This document shows, one piece after another, positions 1-7,980 of a stretch of 20,724 nucleotides of DNA. How positions within the stretch are numbered: the stretch's first letter is position 1; every line of letters begins with the position of its first letter. The stretch lies in assembly GCA_048938105.1 (NCBI GenBank), contig JBHLMN010000035.1, forward strand, positions 1 to 20,724. The letters run 5' to 3'. Position numbers and translations under genes: made by a program. This DNA is from Promethearchaeota archaeon (GTDB taxonomy: Archaea; Asgardarchaeota; Heimdallarchaeia; Hodarchaeales; Hodarchaeaceae). The notes below the pieces were generated by a model that was given only the letters and a program-made list of their open reading frames with translations, had not been told where the DNA came from and ran no database searches.

Positions 1-75
1 GGGATTTGAACCCACGAACGCCTACGCGACTAGGACCTGAACCTAGCTCCTTTGACCTGGCTGGGAGACCCCCGC
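1..75 (-). tRNA. tRNA-Leu(CAG), 3' end truncated by the window edge
   Basis: Reverse complement reads GCGGGGGTCTCCCAGCCAGGTCAAAGGAGCTAGGTTCAGGTCCTAGTCGCGTAGGCGTTCGTGGGTTCAAATCCC. Anticodon stem CTAGG/CCTAG with loop TTCAGGT (anticodon CAG), long variable arm, T-loop GGTTCAAATCC. The GCGGGGG 5' end is typical of archaeal tRNA-Leu. No intron. Confidence 0.95.
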
Positions 76-97
76 AAGGCATTTAAGGGTTTTAACG

Positions 98-110
98 TAT
101 TAATAATTTC
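98..110 (-). promoter_or_regulatory. Putative BRE/TATA promoter of tRNA-Leu
   Basis: Minus strand GAAATTATTAATA; the TATA-like part lies about 23-31 nt upstream of the tRNA 5' end. Confidence 0.5.
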
Positions 111-210
111 CTTGAACATTATAACATTGGATAATCAAACTGGAGATTGACTTGATTCCAACTTTTCTTTTTGATTGTACTTGCTTAAATAATAAAAAGT
201 GAACATCGAG

Positions 211-224
211 GAAGATTTATTAAA
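211..224 (+). promoter_or_regulatory. Putative BRE/TATA promoter of mutS
   Basis: GAAGA-TTTATTAAA ends about 22 nt upstream of GTG 246. The same TTATTAAA core occurs upstream of atpA and the CdvA-like gene. Confidence 0.45.
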
Positions 225-245
225 CATGATTATAATTTTTCCTTT

Positions 246-3011
246 GTGGTTAAAGAATTACGAGAAATGGAGCCAATGAGTAGAAAACCAAGAAAAACAA
301 CCGACGCCATGCGACAGTATTATCATATTAAAGACACTCACAAAGATGCTATTATATTTTTTCAGTTAGGAGATTTTTATGAAACATTTAACGAAGATGC
401 GAAGATAACTTCTAAAGCACTTGATATTACGCTTACATCAAGAAGTATGGGGGTAAGTGAAGAGAGAATTCCATTAGCTGGGGTTCCTGTTAAAGCCATT
501 GATTCATACTTAAAAAAAATGGTCGATCAAGGATATAAAGTAGCGATTGTTGACCAATTAGAAGATGCGAAGAATGTTCCTTCAGGGAAAATTGTAAAAA
601 GAGGAGTCACGCGTGTTGTAACACCAGGAACGGTTTTTGAACCTTCGATATTGGATAAAGATACTAACAATTTTCTTTTAAGTTTGGTTGTTAATGAAAA
701 AAAGCAATCGATTGGGTTATCATTCATTGATATCTCCACAGGGGAATTTTTAATTGCAGAATTCAAAGAAAATGTAGTTGATAATTTTCAGGATGAATTT
801 TCTCGTTTCAATCCTCGAGAAGTGATTTTTCCTGATATTCAACTAAAAGGAAAATTACAAACCACATTAGAAAAAATAATCACCTCTACTTCCCGGGCTG
901 TGGTATATCCTGTAAATGAAACTCTTTTCAATTTCGATACAGCTCAACAAACGCTATTGAATCATTTTGAAGTTAGATCATTGGCAGGGTATGGCTGTAC
1001 TTCAATGGTCGAAGGGATTCGAGCTGCAGGGGCGATCATTTCATACCTAAATATGCTTAAAAAAGACTATCCTAGTAATATATCGTCTCTTCGAACTCTT
1101 GACAATCGTAATTATTTGCTACTTGATGCTAATACTCAAAGGAATCTTGAAATCACTGGGAATGCTTTCGATGGAAAGATAGAAGGTAGTTTACTTTCTA
1201 TTTTTTCTGATATTAATACAAGTATGGGTGTTAGATTACTACGTAGGTGGTTATTGCAACCTTTACGTAATACAAGCGTAATTAATGATCGTTTCGATGC
1301 AATAGAACAATTTAAGCAGGATTTATCTGTAATACAAGAAATAGCTGACCTACTTTCTAATGTAGCTGATTTTCAAAGATTAGTAGCTAAAATAAAGTAT
1401 CGTTCTGTAAATGCTAGAGATTTAATCTCTCTGAGAGATTCATTGAATTTTTGTTTGGATATAAAGACTTTCTTAAAACAAAGTGGATTAAAAAGTTCTA
1501 TTTGTCATAGAATCAACGATTTTAACGTTTCAGATCTTATCAGTGTTATCCAACTGATAGATAATGGAATACACGAATCCCCACAAGCCTCAATTCGTGA
1601 AGGGGGGATCATAAAGCCAAGCTATAATGAAGATTTACTTCAATTATATGAATTAAAGAACAACCAAAGTAAAATATTGCAGGAGATTGAGGAGCGAGAG
1701 CAAAAACGGACATCCTTCAATATTAAATTAGGGTATAATTCAATTCATGGATACTATATTGAAGTCACAAAAGCTCAATTACGTGATGCAGGAGAAGAAG
1801 CGGTTCCATCTGAATATGTACGACGACAAACATTAGTTAATGCAGAACGCTTTATCACCCCTGAATTGAAAGAAATAGAAGAAAAAATATTGAATGCAGA
1901 TGAAAGGATAAAAGAACTAGAATATCAATGTTTTTGCGAAATTCGTGAGACAATTTCCCAAAAAGTTGCCACTATTCGCAATTATTCCGAATTAATCGCC
2001 GAATTGGATGTATTAGTGTGTTTTGCCTTCACAGCACTTAAAAATAATTTCTGTAAACCTAACTTCATAGAGGAACCAATCATCTCAATTATTGACGGTC
2101 GTCATCCTGTAGTCGAACATTTACAGAAGGAGACTGGATTCGTTCCCAACAGCACTAATTTGGAAAATAGGGAACTTCACATAATAACTGGGCCTAATAT
2201 GTCGGGCAAATCAGTTTTTATTAGACAAGTGGCCCTCATAGTATTAATGGCTCAGGCTGGGTCATATGTTCCTGCAAAGACATGTAATTTGGGAATAATA
2301 GATAAGATTTTCACTCGTGTTGGTGCATTTGATAGATTAGCATTTGGCCAATCTACATTCATGCTTGAGATGCTTGAAACAGCGCATATACTCCATAATT
2401 CTACTCCAAATTCGTTAATTATTTTAGATGAAGTGGGACGCGGGACTAGTACTTTTGATGGATTATCTTTAGCATGGGCGATTGCAGAATACATTGCTAA
2501 GGAGAAACAAAGTAAAACACTTTTTGCTACACATTATCATCAACTCAGTGAATTGGAGAATCATTATTCGACTATCAAGAATTTTCATCAAACCGCTAAA
2601 GTACGCAATGGGAAGCTTGTCTTACTTTACAAAATTAAGGAGGGCTCGACTGATCATTCATTTGGAATTAGTGTTGCTAAAATGGCTGGAATTCCAAAAA
2701 CAGTTATTATTGAGGCTCAAAAGAAATTATTGGATCTAGAGGCAACATCTGATACAATAGAATTACCTCGACATAAAGGAAGAACAGAATCTCAACCTAG
2801 ACAACTATCTCTTGCTGAAGCTCTTTCAAAAAATGTTGGTCATCAACAACTAGAAAGAGAAATAAAAAATCTCAAGTTTGAGATTCTTGCATTCTTAAAA
2901 AACTATACAGATATTGATATCAACTATAAAACACCAGTAGAAGCACTTCAACAACTTGGGCAATTAGTTAAAGATATGCGAGAATTAGAGAAGAAAATCC
3001 AAGAGAAATAA
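246..3011 (+). CDS. mutS: DNA mismatch repair protein MutS (MutS1); true start may be ATG 267 or 276
   Basis: Mismatch-binding GDFYETF (F-x-E) motif, VxRVVTPGT, Walker A GPNMSGKS, STFMLEM, Walker B ILDEVGRGTS, FATHYH and SFGIxVAxxAG. Confidence 0.97.
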   Translation: MVKELREMEPMSRKPRKTTDAMRQYYHIKDTHKDAIIFFQLGDFYETFNEDAKITSKALDITLTSRSMGVSEERIPLAGVPVKAIDSYLKKMVDQGYKVAIVDQLEDAKNVPSGKIVKRGVTRVVTPGTVFEPSILDKDTNNFLLSLVVNEKKQSIGLSFIDISTGEFLIAEFKENVVDNFQDEFSRFNPREVIFPDIQLKGKLQTTLEKIITSTSRAVVYPVNETLFNFDTAQQTLLNHFEVRSLAGYGCTSMVEGIRAAGAIISYLNMLKKDYPSNISSLRTLDNRNYLLLDANTQRNLEITGNAFDGKIEGSLLSIFSDINTSMGVRLLRRWLLQPLRNTSVINDRFDAIEQFKQDLSVIQEIADLLSNVADFQRLVAKIKYRSVNARDLISLRDSLNFCLDIKTFLKQSGLKSSICHRINDFNVSDLISVIQLIDNGIHESPQASIREGGIIKPSYNEDLLQLYELKNNQSKILQEIEEREQKRTSFNIKLGYNSIHGYYIEVTKAQLRDAGEEAVPSEYVRRQTLVNAERFITPELKEIEEKILNADERIKELEYQCFCEIRETISQKVATIRNYSELIAELDVLVCFAFTALKNNFCKPNFIEEPIISIIDGRHPVVEHLQKETGFVPNSTNLENRELHIITGPNMSGKSVFIRQVALIVLMAQAGSYVPAKTCNLGIIDKIFTRVGAFDRLAFGQSTFMLEMLETAHILHNSTPNSLIILDEVGRGTSTFDGLSLAWAIAEYIAKEKQSKTLFATHYHQLSELENHYSTIKNFHQTAKVRNGKLVLLYKIKEGSTDHSFGISVAKMAGIPKTVIIEAQKKLLDLEATSDTIELPRHKGRTESQPRQLSLAEALSKNVGHQQLEREIKNLKFEILAFLKNYTDIDINYKTPVEALQQLGQLVKDMRELEKKIQEK

Positions 3012-3184
3012 TCAGACAACTTTAATTTATGTACTAAATCTAGTTTTCGCTAGTAAAATTGTTGGAAAGATATCTTTTCTAGCTTTAAAAGGTCTATTTA
3101 AGTATAGAAACGTACTTATAGGTTGTTGGTCTACATAAAATATGTCTTTTATCTATTAAGAAAGAAGAGGAAAGGGATAAAAAA

Positions 3185-4459
3185 ATGAAAAGAAAGTTCT
3201 TTGTTTTGATACTATTCTTTGGATTTCTTTTAGCGATCTTGCCAGTGCAAACATCTCCCAATGATAATGACGAATTAGGTACAACAGAGAACGAAGGGAT
3301 CGTGACCATTTGTGTTAAACATCACGAACCCAGTGATTTGACCATTGATATAGGCCAAACATATGTTGATGACGATTATAGACCAAGTAAAGGGTATGAT
3401 CATAAGAAAGCGAAGATGGTCCGTGTATGGAATCGTCAGAAGACGGTGGAGAATATTCCGATGTTTACATTAACTAAAACTCTAAATGAACTTGGTTTAA
3501 CGAAAAATGCGCCTCCTGAAGTAAAAAGAAGTGTTTGGTTTGTAGATATTGAAGACCATGGAAAATTTGTGTACGAGTCTGATGAAAATGGAAATAGATC
3601 AGAAAAAGCAATCGAGGAATCAATCAATTACTTAGTAGGATTTAACCTAACGATTAATGGTATTATCTATACCTGTTGTCAGCACCCACTGTTTGATGAC
3701 GGAGGTGTTGCACATGGGGAAATTTATGGTTTAGAAGAAGAGATTATTATTGATAGCGTGAGAACTTCTGGTGATTATGACAACGCTTTGGTTGTTATTG
3801 GTGTTTCAAGGTTTGCCTTTCACGAAGATGTACCAAATATGGCAAAAGATGCATGGTTCTTTTTCGATATAATGACTGATTTAGCTTATGACATAGAATT
3901 TTTTCCCTATTACACATCTTTCATAGCTATAGATCGAAGTTGGGAAGATCATGAAGCAACTCATAGCGCTATATATACCACAACTGTGAATACACAGTTT
4001 AATTTAGCGGATAGTCATACAGGTGGTAACGATCAAACAATCGTATTTATTTCATCTCATGGGGTCGATTGGACAGCAGGTTTTCATCTCTACGATTCCG
4101 CTTGGTGGTGGGGACGCTATTATTCTGATTTGAGGTTAGCTCAAAAAATACATGCTCAAACAAATGAAGGTACTGATATGTGGGTATGGTGTTGTTGGTG
4201 TAAATCAGATAGTTGTTCTAAGATAAATCAATTAGATTATCATCACAACCATGCGGTTTATTGGACATATGATCATGATACATGGGCTGATAAAAGAAGC
4301 GTGGAAATCCCAGAGTTTGATGACATGGTCAGAATGTATTATTCTTTGTTAGAAATAATTTTTAGCTTTGTTGATTATAAATACCATGAAATACATGAAG
4401 AAGATTATTACATGACCCAACGTGATCATATTTCAGGGTATTTTAGTCTATATAACTAA
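3185..4459 (+). CDS. Secreted protein with a putative C-terminal clan CD (caspase/hemoglobinase-fold) peptidase domain
   Basis: Signal peptide MKRKFFVLILFFGFLLAILP. NALVVIGVS (first strand of caspase-like domains), KDA helix, DQTIVFISSHG (H292) and WVWCCWCKS (C339) occur in the clan CD order and spacing. Confidence 0.6.
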   Translation: MKRKFFVLILFFGFLLAILPVQTSPNDNDELGTTENEGIVTICVKHHEPSDLTIDIGQTYVDDDYRPSKGYDHKKAKMVRVWNRQKTVENIPMFTLTKTLNELGLTKNAPPEVKRSVWFVDIEDHGKFVYESDENGNRSEKAIEESINYLVGFNLTINGIIYTCCQHPLFDDGGVAHGEIYGLEEEIIIDSVRTSGDYDNALVVIGVSRFAFHEDVPNMAKDAWFFFDIMTDLAYDIEFFPYYTSFIAIDRSWEDHEATHSAIYTTTVNTQFNLADSHTGGNDQTIVFISSHGVDWTAGFHLYDSAWWWGRYYSDLRLAQKIHAQTNEGTDMWVWCCWCKSDSCSKINQLDYHHNHAVYWTYDHDTWADKRSVEIPEFDDMVRMYYSLLEIIFSFVDYKYHEIHEEDYYMTQRDHISGYFSLYN

Positions 4460-4481
4460 AGAATATCTCATGTGACGTTAA

Positions 4482-5117
4482 ATGGTTCGAAAGCAGTTGC
4501 AAATGAAGAAGCCAATGATTTTTGTAATGTTATTGATACCCACATTACTAAGCAGTCATCTTACAATAAGTATATCTGACAATTCTTGGACCTTACCAGA
4601 GAACACAATATTTAGCGTAGCATTACTGTTTTCAGGGGATAAAAGTGAAAATATCACTGCTTGTCCTTGGATCTTTGAGACTAATACCAGTGAGAAAATT
4701 ATTGGTTCGAATAAGGAATTTCGGGAATATTTCTCTCAAGATCTATCCAAGGAACTAGCAGCTTATCCCCAGATTACTGGGATTCATATGATTGAATACA
4801 CTTCCACATTTAATTATTTTACTAATCTGGCTCAAAAGGATCCTGATCACCGCTGGTATCCAGAGGATGGGAAAAATGTATCCAAATTTGACCCCTATTA
4901 TTGTCATCTTCGGTTTCGATTCGATTCTAATCAAACTTGGGATGATCAATTAGCTATGGGCATCGAAACGATGTTTCTCAACCAATGGTATGTGGAACGA
5001 GTGATGATAATTCCTGATGCTCGCGTTACCACTCCTTCCTTTGGATCGGCACAGTTCTATTTAGCAATTCTTTTGATATTAACAATGATTAGCCTTTCAC
5101 GTAGAAAAAGGCAATAG
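4482..5117 (+). CDS. Cell-surface protein with signal peptide and C-terminal PGF-CTERM-like sorting/anchor tail
   Basis: N-terminal KKPMIFVMLLIPTLL hydrophobic segment (start may be ATG 4503). C-terminus is TPSF, a TM helix (FYLAILLILTMISL) and a basic tail RRKRQ. Confidence 0.65.
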   Translation: MVRKQLQMKKPMIFVMLLIPTLLSSHLTISISDNSWTLPENTIFSVALLFSGDKSENITACPWIFETNTSEKIIGSNKEFREYFSQDLSKELAAYPQITGIHMIEYTSTFNYFTNLAQKDPDHRWYPEDGKNVSKFDPYYCHLRFRFDSNQTWDDQLAMGIETMFLNQWYVERVMIIPDARVTTPSFGSAQFYLAILLILTMISLSRRKRQ

Positions 5118-5380
5118 CTTGGACATACAGAAACTTATTTCATAAAAAGATTGAGGGGGGATACTAAAAGGTTATGTCACACAAGCATGTGATAATAATG
5201 GTTTAGAGATTTACCATGCTAAAACTAAAGTTACAAACACTCCTCTTTACAAAATTATTTGTTAGTAATGGTAAACCTAGTAGTGTAGGACTTTAAAGAA
5301 GGGAAACTTTAAAGGAGATGGCACAATGAAAGAAATAGATTTCCATTGCCATGTAAATGTGAGTAGAAAGGCTTGATACT

Positions 5381-7222
5381 ATGACTCCAAAGGTGTCTGC
5401 TCGAAAACCTGTAGGTGAAAACCGGATAAGGGTACTTTCAGAACAGTGTATTAGTAAGATTGCTGCAGGTGAGGTAATTGAGCGTCCAGCATCTGTTGTG
5501 AAAGAATTAATTGAAAATGCCATTGATGCATCAGCTACAGAGATTAGAATTATGATAAAAAACGGTGGGAAGGATCTGATCGAGGTAAAAGACAATGGGA
5601 TTGGGATCCCTTCAGAAGATCTTCCTTTAGCTATCAAACGTCATGCTACTAGTAAGATTAGCTCCGAATATGACTTAGAGTCAATTTCTACTATGGGTTT
5701 CCGTGGAGAAGCCTTATATTCGATTGCTTCCGTCTCAAGGTTCTCTATTATCAGTCGAACAGCCAAAGATGAGCTAGCGAAATATATCACAGTAGAGGGT
5801 GATCTGGAAAAAAGTCAGATTTCAGATGAAATGATGGCTTCACCAGGAACTCTTGTTCGGGTCCGTGATCTGTTTTTTAATTTTATCGTACGACGGAAAT
5901 TCCTGAAAAAAGCTTCAGTCGAACAATCCTACATCTATGAAGTTGTTGCTCAAAATGCGGTCGGACACTCTCATATTGCGTTTACGTATATTGTCGATGG
6001 TAAAATTGAATTTCAAACTGTAAAAAGTAAAAATCATCTATCCGCAATCAAAGAAACATTTGGTCAAGATTTAGCTGGATCTCTTCTAGACATTGGTATT
6101 GTCCAGCGCAATGACATACTAATTCATGGATATCTTAGCAAACCTGGACATAATAAGCGAAACAGGAAGTATCAATACTTTTTTTTGAATGGAAGGCGAA
6201 TCTTATCCAAGATTTTACAATCTGCCTTGGAAGAGGGTTATGGGACATATCTGATGAAACGTGAGTTTCCTGTGGCATTTCTGTTCTTAGAACTCGATCC
6301 TCAAAATTTCGATGTAAACATCCACCCTCAAAAGCGAGAAGTCCTTTTCTATAATGAAAAAGATTTAATGATTGCAATTTGTTCAACCGTTGCACATTGT
6401 CTTAAAACTCAAGATATTGTTCCACACCTTAGATCACGTTCAAAACGGGAAACACAAACAATCTTAGCAGTTGGAGAGACAAATGTAGTAGCTGCATCAT
6501 CAGCACATCAAGATATTAAGCCACTGGGGAAAAAACAACAAATAAGCATTCATCCTGACATAAAATCCTCTGAGTTACAAATCTCTTTAGAGAGTGCTGA
6601 ATCCCAACTATTTGAGAAAAAACAGGAAATAACAGATTTTTTCGGATCAGACTTAAAATTACGAGGCCCACTTGGAGAAGAATTCCTTTTACTTGAAGAT
6701 TTATCGAATCATGACTTGATTGTAATGGATTTTCATGCCACACATGAGCGAATCAACCTAGAAAAGTTCACAGCGATGTTCAAGGCTAATAAAGTCAGTT
6801 CTCAAACATTTCTTAAACCTTTTCGATTATTTTTGACTCCTGAGAAACGCTTACTCATATTGGATTCTCTCTCCCATCTTAACAACCTAGGATTTGATTT
6901 TAGAATCCCTAAAGGAAGTAAACGTGAAATTGAAGTCTTTGCTATTCCTAAAATTCTCGGAAGAACTGATTTAAAACAATTCCTGGAAGAATTATTAGAT
7001 ACTCTTCCTGAAATGGTTATTGAGGATCATATCAATGAGATTCTAAGTTTAATAGCATGCCACGCTTCTTATCGTGCGGGAGAAATTTTATCTTATCAAC
7101 AAACAAAAAGTCTTCTACAAGAACTCGTACAAACAGAAAATCCTAATATTTGTGCTCACGGTCGGCCTACGTATATTAGAATCCCTTATCAAGATTTTCT
7201 AAAACAAGTTAGAAGAATATAA
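5381..7222 (+). CDS. mutL: DNA mismatch repair endonuclease MutL
   Basis: IAAGEVIERPASVVKELIENAIDA, DNGIGI, RHATSK, GFRGEAL and DVNIHPQK. C-terminal DFHATHERINLE, ACH and CAHGRP endonuclease motifs. Confidence 0.97.
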   Translation: MTPKVSARKPVGENRIRVLSEQCISKIAAGEVIERPASVVKELIENAIDASATEIRIMIKNGGKDLIEVKDNGIGIPSEDLPLAIKRHATSKISSEYDLESISTMGFRGEALYSIASVSRFSIISRTAKDELAKYITVEGDLEKSQISDEMMASPGTLVRVRDLFFNFIVRRKFLKKASVEQSYIYEVVAQNAVGHSHIAFTYIVDGKIEFQTVKSKNHLSAIKETFGQDLAGSLLDIGIVQRNDILIHGYLSKPGHNKRNRKYQYFFLNGRRILSKILQSALEEGYGTYLMKREFPVAFLFLELDPQNFDVNIHPQKREVLFYNEKDLMIAICSTVAHCLKTQDIVPHLRSRSKRETQTILAVGETNVVAASSAHQDIKPLGKKQQISIHPDIKSSELQISLESAESQLFEKKQEITDFFGSDLKLRGPLGEEFLLLEDLSNHDLIVMDFHATHERINLEKFTAMFKANKVSSQTFLKPFRLFLTPEKRLLILDSLSHLNNLGFDFRIPKGSKREIEVFAIPKILGRTDLKQFLEELLDTLPEMVIEDHINEILSLIACHASYRAGEILSYQQTKSLLQELVQTENPNICAHGRPTYIRIPYQDFLKQVRRI

Positions 7223-7233
7223 GGGAGTTTAAA

Positions 7234-7845
7234 CTATAAATCAATTAAAAATCCCGATGAATCAATTCTGTGTTCTCGCTGCAAAACATAACGTTCATGA
7301 TCAAAAAAAGTGACAAGAATTCGATTTTGTTTCTGAGATTTTTCAAATAAGAAATGCCAATCTAGATATTGAAGAGTAAGACTCTGAAGAAAAGGACGAA
7401 TATTCTCATCAAAACTACGTGCTTGATTTGTTAGGATAACAGGGAAACTAATTCTCCTTGAAATACTTTTAATTTGGGCTAAAATATATGAGTTAAGATG
7501 GATATTGTCTTTATTTTTGAGATCAGTGTGTCTAAAAACATCATCAATGAATAGGATGGAATCTTGTGAATGGAGTTGAATACTGAGATCATCGAATAAT
7601 AGAGCTTCTTCTTCAAGTGTTTTTGGCTGAAAAACGATCATATGTTGTAATAGATGTTTAATTGATTTCAGTCGAATAATTGGGAAATTACCACTAGTAT
7701 CGATTAAATAAATAGGATTCCATCCTTCTTCTAATTTTTTGCGAATGGTTTGAGTTAAAAATGTTGTTTTATATGTTCCAGGAAGACCATACAACTGTAC
7801 AGCGATATTCTGTTGTTGTAAAAGGGAACCGAGGGGATTTTCCAT
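7234..7845 (-). CDS. RecA/Rad51-family paralog (RadB-like), core ATPase domain only
   Basis: VQLYGLPGTYKTT (variant Walker A), IYLIDTSGNF, ILFIDD (Walker B) and VILTNQ. 203 aa, with no N-terminal HhH domain. Confidence 0.8.
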   Translation of the reverse strand: MENPLGSLLQQQNIAVQLYGLPGTYKTTFLTQTIRKKLEEGWNPIYLIDTSGNFPIIRLKSIKHLLQHMIVFQPKTLEEEALLFDDLSIQLHSQDSILFIDDVFRHTDLKNKDNIHLNSYILAQIKSISRRISFPVILTNQARSFDENIRPFLQSLTLQYLDWHFLFEKSQKQNRILVTFFDHERYVLQREHRIDSSGFLIDL

Positions 7846-7980
7846 TGTATGGACTTCTTTCTTTGATATTAATATTCCTTGAGAAGTAATTTAAAAAAAT
7901 TGATTGAGTTCACAAACAATAATCTGTGAAAGATCTTCAGATAAAAAATAGATCAATAAGTTATACCACTGATATCAGGG

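Noticed and set aside
1-3011. tRNA-Leu as the integration site for a mutS/mutL island
   Set aside because: mutS lies on the tRNA's 5' side, whereas integrations usually sit at the 3' side. No integrase or att duplication is seen in the window.
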